Positions 26,661-34,840 of a DNA stretch of 50,696 nucleotides are shown here, piece after piece. Every line of letters starts with the position of its first letter. The first letter of the stretch is position 1. Source of the DNA: Actinomycetota bacterium. Its GTDB lineage: Bacteria > Actinomycetota > CADDZG01 > JAHWKV01. The translations under genes and the position numbers were made by a program. The DNA is taken from contig JBDSRR010000140.1 of assembly GCA_039929185.1 (NCBI GenBank), positions 1 through 50,696 on the forward strand, in the 5' to 3' direction. The notes beneath the pieces were generated by a model. It did not search any database. It was not told the origin of the DNA and worked only from the letters and a program-made list of their open reading frames with translations.

Positions 26661-27662
26661 ATGGATACTAAGCCGGGCCCCGGTATGGCTGCTGATCGCA
26701 ACCTTGGTATGGAACTTGTCCGAGTTACCGAGTCGGCTGCTTTGGCCGCAGCTCGCTTGATGGGGCGGGGTGACAAAGAGGCCGCGGATCAGGCGGCAGT
26801 CGACGCTATGCGATTGATGATCTCAACCGTGCAGATGGACGGGATCGTAGTGATCGGCGAGGGCGAGAAGGACGAAGCCCCCATGCTTTACAACGGGGAG
26901 CGGGTTGGTACCGGCGAGCCTCCCCGGGTCGATGTGGCAGTCGACCCTATCGACGGAACCACGCTGACTTCTAAAGGGCAGCCCGGGGCGCTTGCGGTAA
27001 TCGCGGTGGCTGAGGCTGGCGCTATGTTCGATCCTGGCCCCAGCGTTTACATGGAAAAGATCGCAACCGGCCCCGAGGCAGCCGACCTGATCGACCTGGC
27101 CGCACCGGTAGGCGACAACGTTCGAGCTGTCGCCAAGTCGAAGGGATGCGATGTGCGCGACGTGACAGTCATCATTTTGGATCGCGACCGGCATGCGAAA
27201 ATCATCGAAGAGGTGCGTGCGGCGGGGGCCCGCATAAAACTGATCAGCGATGGTGACGTCGCGGCGGCGATCTCGGCTGCCAAACCCGGCACTGGTGTTG
27301 ACCTTTTGATCGGGATAGGTGGCACTCCTGAGGGAGTCATTGCAGCGGCGGCTATCAAATGTCTGGGTGGGGTGATCCAAGGAAGGATGTATCCACGCAA
27401 CGAACAGGAACGACAGGCTTCGATCGATGCCGGCTACGACCTAGACCGTGTCTTAACTACCGAAGACTTGGTTCGCGGTGATTGCTTTTTTGCGGCAACT
27501 GGAATCACCGATGGCGAACTGCTTCGCGGTGTCCGCTACGTGTCTGAGGGTGCCACAACGCAATCGATCGTGATGCGATCGCGCAGTGGGACCATCCGTA
27601 CCATCGATAGCGAACATCATTGGAGCAAACTCATGCAGTTCTCAGGTGTCGACTACGAGTAG
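26661..27662 (+). CDS. glpX: class II fructose-1,6-bisphosphatase GlpX
   Basis: [39 protein letters not shown] and [10 protein letters not shown] are present. The start is ATG 26661 (AGGA upstream) or ATG 26685. Confidence 0.92.
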   Translation: MDTKPGPGMAADRNLGMELVRVTESAALAAARLMGRGDKEAADQAAVDAMRLMISTVQMDGIVVIGEGEKDEAPMLYNGERVGTGEPPRVDVAVDPIDGTTLTSKGQPGALAVIAVAEAGAMFDPGPSVYMEKIATGPEAADLIDLAAPVGDNVRAVAKSKGCDVRDVTVIILDRDRHAKIIEEVRAAGARIKLISDGDVAAAISAAKPGTGVDLLIGIGGTPEGVIAAAAIKCLGGVIQGRMYPRNEQERQASIDAGYDLDRVLTTEDLVRGDCFFAATGITDGELLRGVRYVSEGATTQSIVMRSRSGTIRTIDSEHHWSKLMQFSGVDYE

Positions 27663-28521
27663 CCGCACATTGCTGGTTGATTCATCTAGTCTGATCTATC
27701 GCGCGTTCTTCTCATCGCCAAACACCATAAAGATGAATGCTGCACATGGTTTTTTAAACATGCTTGCTCGGTTGGTCATCGATCGCGATCCGACGCATCT
27801 CGCTTGTGCTACCGATGAAGACTGGCGGCCGCAATGGCGAGTCGATCTTGTCAGCAGCTATAAGACCCACAGGGTCGGTTTGCCGGAAGAAGACCTTGAC
27901 CCGCAGATCCCGGTCATCTTCGAACTGCTGGAACTGATGGGCGTTGCTGTAGTCGGTTGTGCAGACTACGAGGCAGAAGATGTTATCGGAGCCCTCATAC
28001 CGTTTGCCGAAGGCAAAGTCGAGATCGTGTCTGGTGACCGCGACTTGTTTCAGTTGGTTCGTGATCCTGACATTGTGGTGCTTTATCCCAAACGTGGAGT
28101 CTCCGAATTGCTCGTCGTAAACGAAAGAGAAATAACCAACAAATATGGCATTCCAGGTCGCGCATACGGCGATTTCGCGCTTTTGCGGGGCGATCCTTCG
28201 GACGGCTTGCCGGGAGTCCCGGGGATCGGCGAAAAAACCGCTTCGATGTTGATCGCCAAATACAAGAGCCTCGCAGCAGTTATCGAAGCGGCGTTGACCA
28301 ATGGTGCCACGGGTCCTTTGGCTAAGGTGCGGATGTCGATCGATTATCTCGATAGGGCTGCCAGATGTGTCCTCATATCGCCGGATGCGCCGGTAGGGAC
28401 TCATGACCTCATCCGCCCTCGCATCTTTGAGAATGAAACGAAGGTGAATGAAGTCGCGGGAGAGTATGGTCTTGAAGGGGCAGTCAGCCGTTTGATCAGT
28501 GCCCTCAAAGGGGCTGCATGA
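27646..28521 (+). CDS. 5'-3' exonuclease (FEN / Pol I N-terminal-like)
   Basis: [24 protein letters not shown] and the H3TH motif [18 protein letters not shown] are present. The start is GTG 27646 (17-nt overlap with glpX) or TTG 27670. Confidence 0.85.
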   Translation: MSTTSSRTLLVDSSSLIYRAFFSSPNTIKMNAAHGFLNMLARLVIDRDPTHLACATDEDWRPQWRVDLVSSYKTHRVGLPEEDLDPQIPVIFELLELMGVAVVGCADYEAEDVIGALIPFAEGKVEIVSGDRDLFQLVRDPDIVVLYPKRGVSELLVVNEREITNKYGIPGRAYGDFALLRGDPSDGLPGVPGIGEKTASMLIAKYKSLAAVIEAALTNGATGPLAKVRMSIDYLDRAARCVLISPDAPVGTHDLIRPRIFENETKVNEVAGEYGLEGAVSRLISALKGAA

Positions 28522-29783
28522 TGTCGTCGATAAAGATCGTCACCGAGATCCCCGGCCCCCGGTCGCGCACTTCATCGGCAGGTGCCGCCACATCGATAGC
28601 GCGTCCATTGGTGCCGGGAGGAAAGATCTTTGCGGCATCCGGTGAGGGTGCCTTGTTGACGGATGTCGACGGGAATCGATTCATCGACTTTATCGGCGGG
28701 GTCGGGTGCCTGGTCGCTGGTCACAGCCACCCTCGTGTCGTCAAGGCGGTTCACGATCAGGTCGATGCGTTCATGCATACAGACTTTTCGCTCTTGCCCT
28801 ACCAGTCGTACATCGATCTTGCGACCCGACTCTCGCAGTTGTGTGGCGGAGGGCGTAAAGCTGGCTTTTTCAACTCGGGGGCCGAGGCTGTCGAGAACGC
28901 GGTGAAGGTCGCGAAGGCGGCAACCGGCCGGAGCGGCATCGTGTGTTTCGAGGGCGCTTTCCATGGAAGAACCCTGATGGCGATGTCGCTGACGCACCGC
29001 GACGTCCCTTACAAGGATGGTTTCGGTCCCTTCGCCCAACAGGTCTATCGGGCCCCTTACGCAGGCTTGTTCGGTGCATCCTTAAAGGATTCCGTCGATG
29101 CGCTGACAGCTATTTTTGCGCAACATGAAATCGCTGGGGTGATCGTCGAGCCGGTTCTTGGTGAAGGTGGGTTCCTGCCTGCCGCAGAAGGCTTTCTCGA
29201 AACCATCGCCACGATGTGCAATAAGCATGGTTCGGTATTCATCGCCGACGAGATCCAATCTGGTTATGGCCGAACGGGAACCTTCCTTGCCACAGACCGA
29301 TTGGGAGTTCGTCCTGATCTCATAACGCTCGGCAAGTCCATAGCGTCTGGGCTGCCTTTGTCGGCGATCGTTGGCGATGAGCGTTGGCTCGACGCGCTTT
29401 CTCCGAACACGTTGGGTGGCACCTACGTGGGCAACCCCGTTGCATGTGCCGCTGCGCTGGCTGTGCTCGATGTTATCGATGATGAACGCCTTGTTGATCG
29501 GGCGAAACTGATTGGTGAGCAGTTGTTCGAGGGCTGGACGAAGATAGCTGCGTCTGGGTCCGTTATCCGCGAGGTGCGCGGGCTAGGTGCGATGGTCGGC
29601 GTTTGTTTCAACGATGCCAAGACCACTGCAGATGTCATAGCAAAGGCTTTGCAACGCGGAGTGCTGTCGATGTCTGCGGGTCGAGAGGGTGACGTCCTTC
29701 GACATCTCATGCCGCTAGTCATAACCGATGACCAGGTTGCCGAAGCCCTGGAAATCTTCGGGGCATGCGTCGAAGAGTCTTGA
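28518..29783 (+). CDS. gabT: 4-aminobutyrate aminotransferase (class III PLP aminotransferase)
   Basis: The start forms an ATGA overlap with the upstream stop. FNSGAEAVENAVK, DEIQSGYGRTG and the PLP-lysine region ITLGKSIASGLPLSA are present. Confidence 0.88.
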   Translation: MMSSIKIVTEIPGPRSRTSSAGAATSIARPLVPGGKIFAASGEGALLTDVDGNRFIDFIGGVGCLVAGHSHPRVVKAVHDQVDAFMHTDFSLLPYQSYIDLATRLSQLCGGGRKAGFFNSGAEAVENAVKVAKAATGRSGIVCFEGAFHGRTLMAMSLTHRDVPYKDGFGPFAQQVYRAPYAGLFGASLKDSVDALTAIFAQHEIAGVIVEPVLGEGGFLPAAEGFLETIATMCNKHGSVFIADEIQSGYGRTGTFLATDRLGVRPDLITLGKSIASGLPLSAIVGDERWLDALSPNTLGGTYVGNPVACAAALAVLDVIDDERLVDRAKLIGEQLFEGWTKIAASGSVIREVRGLGAMVGVCFNDAKTTADVIAKALQRGVLSMSAGREGDVLRHLMPLVITDDQVAEALEIFGACVEES

Positions 29784-30742
29784 ATTCCCTAGAAGAACTC
29801 ATTGAGTCTGGTGAACCGAACCCACTTCTTCACCGAGTAGACGGACTTTGCTCGGCGCGAGCCTGGGATGATCTGGTTGCTCTTGCCGACAGATGTCGCG
29901 TAGAGACAGAACGTGGCAAGCAGTTGTGGCCCATAGCGGAGCACATCGAATATCGGCTTGCACTCGAAGCTCCTGGTGCGATAGCTGCAAGCGTCCTTGG
30001 CCCCGAGGCGGGGCGTTTTGCGTTGGGTCCTTTGACCGAAGTTGTGGCATCTACTCATCGCTTCGAGGAGCTTGAGCCCCATCTATCTGTGCCCCAGATT
30101 CTGGGAGCATTGGCCGCTGAAAGGGTCATAAGAGGAGAGGACCTGACCGATCACGCTGGCGCACATCCTGAGGTCATGGAACTGCCGCTTATGTTGATGA
30201 ACTGGGAGCCTGAGTATCCCCTACCTGTTTATCGCAGTGACAAAGCGACGTTTCCAGATGCCCCGCTTGTGCAAACCAAGCGTGTTCGCCTTGGTGATCC
30301 GGGCGATGAGCGTCACCTTAGTGACCCCGATCTCGAACGTGCCATGCTCGATCTCGTTGCCCCTTGGGTGACTCAAAGCAATGGCGACGTGGTGTTTCAT
30401 ATCGTCGAAGGTTCAGTCGAATCCGCGATCGATGGGCGCTGGCTGATGCGCATCGATTCGTCTGAAGCCCTTGCGCACATGGCTTGGGCGGCCGCTAGTG
30501 GTGGTGCTTATGGGCGGCGACGCGGAGGTGCGTATGGACGCTTCGCGGCATGGTGGTCGGCTTCCGAGTTGACGGGACTGGCGTGGCCGCCGGTGCCCGA
30601 TGAACTTCACGAGGCCATGGACGAGGTTCATTGGTACCTATGGGAACCCGAGGATCTCAAGCCCGGCTGGAATCTGCACCTTGCGGTTCACGATCCCGTA
30701 GACGGTTGGACCGCCAGTGTTTCCGCACACGATCACTTGTAA
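29765..30742 (+). CDS. hypothetical protein, no recognisable domain
   Basis: The ORF is a long open frame translationally coupled to gabT. The start is ATG 29765, or TTG 29780 forming a TTGA overlap. It contains a GGAYGRR/GGAYGRF internal repeat. Its 3' end overlaps the convergent permease gene by 86 nt. Confidence 0.6.
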   Translation: MRRRVLNSLEELIESGEPNPLLHRVDGLCSARAWDDLVALADRCRVETERGKQLWPIAEHIEYRLALEAPGAIAASVLGPEAGRFALGPLTEVVASTHRFEELEPHLSVPQILGALAAERVIRGEDLTDHAGAHPEVMELPLMLMNWEPEYPLPVYRSDKATFPDAPLVQTKRVRLGDPGDERHLSDPDLERAMLDLVAPWVTQSNGDVVFHIVEGSVESAIDGRWLMRIDSSEALAHMAWAAASGGAYGRRRGGAYGRFAAWWSASELTGLAWPPVPDELHEAMDEVHWYLWEPEDLKPGWNLHLAVHDPVDGWTASVSAHDHL

Positions 30743-31583
30743 ATATGAATGCAGCTAAGAAGAATGCAGAATCGGTCAAAACGACCGCAGCACCCGAGGC
30801 TATGTCGAGGAAATAGGAACCGTAGACCCCCAGGAAACCCGAGACAGCCCCTATGCCAACCGCGATGACCATCATGCGGCTGAAACGGTCGGTCAAAAGA
30901 CGCGCGGTGGCGGGTGGAGCAACCAATGCCGCCGCGATGAGCGTTACGCCCAGCACCTGCATGGTCGCCACCACGGTTGCTGCCAGCAAGAAGGAAAGCA
31001 ATGCGTCGTTTGAGCGTACGGAACGGCCTACTATGTCGGCTACTTCAGGATCGAATGTCGAGAACAAGAGTGGCCGATATCGAAAAAAGATCGTTGCTGA
31101 AACTGCGACGCCTACGCATGCCACCACTAAAACATCTGTGCTTGTGACACCAAGAACATTGCCGAATAAGGCCGCCTCGAAGTTCCGCGAGAAAGAGCCG
31201 ATTCGTGAAACCAGCGCAACGCCCAGCGCGAATACCGCCGTAGTTACGATTCCGATGGCCGCATCGGCACCCACTATCTTGCGGCGTGCGACCCCGTTGA
31301 TCATTAGCGTGGAAACGAACCCTCCGATGCCCGCGCCGACATAAAAGTTGAGTCCTCCGGCGAAACTGACGACTGCCCAGCCGAAGATGGCGTGCGACAG
31401 TCCATGGCCTATGTAGCTCATTCCCCGAAGGACAACGTAAATGCCTATGAGTGCGCAAAGCGCCCCAGCGATGGTGGCAACTGCGATCGCGCCACTGAAG
31501 TACCTGAATGGCTCGAGGAGGCTATCGATGTTCGTGGTGTACCTCGAGTGTCGATTCGTCAGTAGATAGGGCGACGTGGTCAA
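30657..31583 (-). CDS. metal ABC transporter permease (ABC-3 / ZnuB-MntB-TroC family)
   Basis: LLEPFRYF and GMSYIGHGLSHAIFGW are present, with 8-9 TM helices. The start is unresolved. No ATG, GTG or TTG lies near the expected N-terminus after the ATPase stop. TTG 31583 is the nearest canonical start and overlaps the ATPase gene by 62 nt. Confidence 0.8.
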   Translation of the reverse strand: MTTSPYLLTNRHSRYTTNIDSLLEPFRYFSGAIAVATIAGALCALIGIYVVLRGMSYIGHGLSHAIFGWAVVSFAGGLNFYVGAGIGGFVSTLMINGVARRKIVGADAAIGIVTTAVFALGVALVSRIGSFSRNFEAALFGNVLGVTSTDVLVVACVGVAVSATIFFRYRPLLFSTFDPEVADIVGRSVRSNDALLSFLLAATVVATMQVLGVTLIAAALVAPPATARLLTDRFSRMMVIAVGIGAVSGFLGVYGSYFLDIASGAAVVLTDSAFFLAAFIFTSDRVRKHWRSNRLRDREPQGADSSRA

Positions 31584-32313
31584 CGACGATGGGCATCCCG
31601 CCGTGAGATAGGACATCGAGAGGTGCCCCGTACGTACGTTCAAGGACCTGCGGTGTAAGTATCTCGCGCGAGTCGCCAGCGGCAATGACGCTGCGGTTGA
31701 GGCAAACGAGTGTGTGGGTATGGGCCGCTATCCCGTTTAGATCGTGAGTCGTTAGAACAACGGCGATGCCCTCAGTGTGATTGAGGTCGTGTAACAGGTG
31801 CAGCACATCGTGCCGCGTTGCCACGTCCACGCCCGATATGGGTTCATCGAGCAGAAGCAGTCGCGGGTGCCCCATAAGTGCCCTTGCGATAAACACCCGC
31901 TGCTGCTCGCCACCAGACAGCGTCCGTATGTGACGGTCGGCGAGGTTGCCGATGCTGAGTTCGTCAAAGACGTGCTTGGCGCGTTTTTTGGCATCGCGCG
32001 ACGACCATGGCCAGATGTTCTTCTGGTCGGCCGCCATCAACACGACTTCCAATGCTGTTACTGGGAAGTACCAATCGATACGGTCGACCTGCGGGACATA
32101 TCCGGTGGTTAGATCATCGGCTCTGTAAACGGTCCCAACTTGGGGCACCAGCACACCCGCTAATACTTTCAGAAGAGTCGTCTTTCCTGACCCACTGGGA
32201 CCCACGATCCCGGTGAAGTCGCCTGCGCCTATCGTTAGATCCGTGTCGATCAAAGCCGGTTCTTTCGAATAGCGAAAGGTTGCGCCTCGAACGCGTACGA
32301 GTTCGTCGGTCAT
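31522..32313 (-). CDS. metal ABC transporter ATP-binding protein (ZnuC/MntA-like)
   Basis: GPSGSGKTTLLK, LSGGEQQRVFIARAL and LLLLDEPISGVD are present. The gene overlaps the binding-protein gene by 4 nt. Confidence 0.9.
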   Translation of the reverse strand: MTDELVRVRGATFRYSKEPALIDTDLTIGAGDFTGIVGPSGSGKTTLLKVLAGVLVPQVGTVYRADDLTTGYVPQVDRIDWYFPVTALEVVLMAADQKNIWPWSSRDAKKRAKHVFDELSIGNLADRHIRTLSGGEQQRVFIARALMGHPRLLLLDEPISGVDVATRHDVLHLLHDLNHTEGIAVVLTTHDLNGIAAHTHTLVCLNRSVIAAGDSREILTPQVLERTYGAPLDVLSHGGMPIVVDHVALSTDESTLEVHHEHR

Positions 32314-33260
32314 GGCTGAATGCTTTCGAGCGCAGAGGCGTCGCCGCCCATCGCTGTGATCATCGTTATGAGATTGAACTTCATCAGGCCTATGTAGTTG
32401 TGCTGGGGGTCGCCAGTGTTTCCAGGAAGATCATCGTCGCGCAAGTCGTCTATGTAGCGAGCGCCGCTGTGTTTGGCGATCTGTTCCAAGACCTTGCTAG
32501 GGAACACTTCCGAACCGAAAATGGCGGGGATGTTTTCTGCCCGTATCTGGTCGATGAGCCGCGTGATTTCTGAAGCGGTGGGCTCGGAGAAATCCGATGG
32601 CTGTATAGCGCCGATGACCTGCCATCCGTATTCGCGAGCGAAGTATGGAAACGAGTCGTGGTAGGTAAGCAGCTTGCGCTTATTGGGCGAGACCGTCTTT
32701 GTGGATGCGCGAGTGGCTTTGTCTAGTTCATCGATTTTACCCGCTATGCGAAGGTGGTTCTTGCGGAAGTCCTTGGAGTGGGAGGGGTCTGCAAGAGACA
32801 GTTCGTCTCGGATTATCTCGATATATCTGGTGGCGTAAACGGGGTTTGTCCATAGATGCGGATTGGGGTCGCCTTTGGCCAGGGGGAACGAAAAGTCGAA
32901 GATCCACTCTTTCCGCGAGATTGCAGCATCGCCAAGTTCAACGATCCGAGCTCCCTTCTTCAAGTTCTTTCGCGCGAGTTTGAGGATCGGTTCTTCAAGG
33001 TGCAGACCATTTACGAAGATGATGTCTGCCTCGCGCAACAGTCGTGACGCAGAGGGCTTAGGTTCGAACGTGTGAGAGTTGATACCTTCCGGGACTAGCC
33101 CGGAAATGTTGGCAGCCTGTCCAGCAACATCGCTCACGAGGCTGGTTATCGGAGCCACACTCGAAACGATGCGCAAGTTGTCATTCGTTTGTGGTGGCCG
33201 ATCAGTACATGCGGCCATGATGACTGCCAAAGCGCAAAGAGTTGAAAAGAGTCTGGGCAT
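32310..33260 (-). CDS. metal ABC transporter substrate-binding lipoprotein (ZnuA/TroA family)
   Basis: The signal peptide is MPRLFSTLCALAVIMAAC. NPHLWTNP and LLTYHDSFPYFAREYG are present. There is no His-rich loop, so the metal (Zn or Mn) cannot be assigned. Confidence 0.9.
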   Translation of the reverse strand: MPRLFSTLCALAVIMAACTDRPPQTNDNLRIVSSVAPITSLVSDVAGQAANISGLVPEGINSHTFEPKPSASRLLREADIIFVNGLHLEEPILKLARKNLKKGARIVELGDAAISRKEWIFDFSFPLAKGDPNPHLWTNPVYATRYIEIIRDELSLADPSHSKDFRKNHLRIAGKIDELDKATRASTKTVSPNKRKLLTYHDSFPYFAREYGWQVIGAIQPSDFSEPTASEITRLIDQIRAENIPAIFGSEVFPSKVLEQIAKHSGARYIDDLRDDDLPGNTGDPQHNYIGLMKFNLITMITAMGGDASALESIQP

Positions 33261-33276
33261 CGGGTGAGCCTACCCG

Positions 33277-33300
33277 CGGTGAGTTATCCGGTGAGTTATT
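33277..33300. repeat. 2 x 12-bp tandem direct repeat (CGGTGAGTTATC / CGGTGAGTTATT) immediately upstream of the metal ABC operon
   Basis: Read directly from the sequence: 33277-33288 and 33289-33300 match at 11 of 12 positions. Degenerate copies flank them, CGGGTGAGCC at 33261 and CGGTCGCTGC at 33301. The repeat lies 17-40 nt upstream of start 33260 and overlaps the stop of the HATPase gene. Confidence 0.9.
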
Positions 33301-33799
33301 CGGTCGCTGCCAGCATCGTGAAACTGAAAGTACTTCCCCGACCGGGGCAGCTTTCCATCCAGACCGCTCCGCCCAAGTCCTTCGCAAACTCCTTAACGAT
33401 CGAAAGGCCGACTCCAGTACCTGGATTCAAGGAATCGTGCCCCGAGTAGAAGGGTTCAAAGATGCGCTCACTGTCTTCCACGGGGATCCCAATGCCTGTG
33501 TCCTCAACCGATACGATGACCTTGCCTCGGCTGAACCTCTGTGCCCGGATGCATATCGTTGAGCCGCTGGGTGAGAATGCGTGGGCGTTCAACAGTAGAT
33601 TCTCAAGCACTCTAGTAAGTGCGCGTGAGTCGCATATTGCCGTCAAGTCGGGGTCGGCTTCTACGTAGACGTTGTGCGTGTGCAGAACCGGTCCTAGGCG
33701 ACGGATGACTGATTCGATCTGATCGGCCACGACGGCTTCTCGTGGGGATCCGTCGGTTCGTATAGGTTCCACTTTGCTCATGCTTCTGTTGTCGGCCAC
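33296..33799 (-). CDS. stand-alone histidine-kinase catalytic (HATPase_c) domain protein, lacking DHp/His and sensor regions
   Basis: The N-box is ENLLLNAHAF, G1 is DTGIGIP, the F-box is FEPFY and G2 is GTGVGLSIV. The product is only 167 aa and has no H-box. The next upstream gene is egtD, 72 nt away. Confidence 0.7.
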   Translation of the reverse strand: MADNRSMSKVEPIRTDGSPREAVVADQIESVIRRLGPVLHTHNVYVEADPDLTAICDSRALTRVLENLLLNAHAFSPSGSTICIRAQRFSRGKVIVSVEDTGIGIPVEDSERIFEPFYSGHDSLNPGTGVGLSIVKEFAKDLGGAVWMESCPGRGSTFSFTMLAATE

Positions 33800-33871
33800 G
33801 GACAGTGAACATTAGATAGCCAGGCCGAGTCATTCTTGTTCCCCCGTTTGGTAATGACTCGAAGTGACTAG

Positions 33872-34840
33872 TTACCGAAATGAAAGGGACACGCCGAAGT
33901 CGCCTGCCGTGTCGGTCCACCAATGTCGCATCTCAAGTCCTGCCTCAGCCAATTCGCCCTCTAGGGACTCGCGGCGGAACTTGGCGCTGATCTCTGTAAG
34001 GAGACGCTCGTCCTTTGCGAATGCGATATCTAGCCCGATAGATGAAAGCCTCACTTCCTGGTCGACCGTTGATCGCAGCGACATCTGCATCCACTCGTGG
34101 TCTTCATCGAACCGAGCAACGTGCTGAAACTTGTTGACGTCGAAGTTCGCCTGTAGCTCCTTGTTCAATACGCGCAGTACATTGCGGTTGAACTCGGCTG
34201 TCACTCCGGCTGGGTCGTCATATGCAAGTTCGAGCCTCCGCTGGTCTTTCATGAGATCCGCACCGAGCAAGAAGGCGTCGCCGGGTTCCAGGACTTCCGC
34301 GACTTCAGCTAAGAATCCTTTTCGCTGTTCGCCAGTGAGATTGCCGATGGTGCTTCCGATAAAGGCGAGGACCCGACGACCACCGTGCGGTATTTGCGAA
34401 AGATGGCTTTCGAAATCACCTACAACGGCATGAACGCTGACATCGTGGTACCGAGCCATGATGGTTTGAGCGGCGGCTCGCATCGTTTTTTCGTCGACAT
34501 CAAACGGGATGTATCTTTGCAGCGAGCCCGCCTGGGAGAAGGCGTCAAGCAGGATCGTGGTCTTGTTCGAAGTGCCCGAGCCGAGTTCGATGAAAGTATC
34601 TGCACCTGTCAGTTTCGATATGTCGTCCGCACGGGCTAGGAATATTTCGGTTTCGCGTCGAGTCAGATAGTACTCATCGAGGCGCGTGATCTGATCGAAT
34701 AGATCTGCGCCGACCTCATCGTAGAAGTACTTGGAAGGAATGCTCTTGGGGGTGCAAGTCAACCCCTCTAAGGCATCGCGCTCAAGGGTTGCCCTTTGTT
34801 CGTCTGGCCCGAGATGAACATCGATGTGAAACTGCGCCAT
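33872..34840 (-). CDS. egtD: L-histidine N-alpha-methyltransferase EgtD
   Basis: ATG 34840 forms an ATGA overlap with the egtB stop. PKYFYD-type motifs are present: IPSKYFYDEVGADLFDQITRLDEYYLTRRE, ELGSGTS and FLGSTIGN-like FIGSTIGNL. The product is 322 aa, about the size I recall for mycobacterial EgtD. Confidence 0.9.
   Translation of the reverse strand: MAQFHIDVHLGPDEQRATLERDALEGLTCTPKSIPSKYFYDEVGADLFDQITRLDEYYLTRRETEIFLARADDISKLTGADTFIELGSGTSNKTTILLDAFSQAGSLQRYIPFDVDEKTMRAAAQTIMARYHDVSVHAVVGDFESHLSQIPHGGRRVLAFIGSTIGNLTGEQRKGFLAEVAEVLEPGDAFLLGADLMKDQRRLELAYDDPAGVTAEFNRNVLRVLNKELQANFDVNKFQHVARFDEDHEWMQMSLRSTVDQEVRLSSIGLDIAFAKDERLLTEISAKFRRESLEGELAEAGLEMRHWWTDTAGDFGVSLSFR

Noticed and set aside
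33827-33860. An inverted repeat, GAGTCATT-N18-AATGACTC, lies between egtD and the HATPase gene.
   Set aside because: The 8-bp stem has an 18-nt loop and no T-tract. It could be a weak attenuator, but the evidence does not support annotating it.
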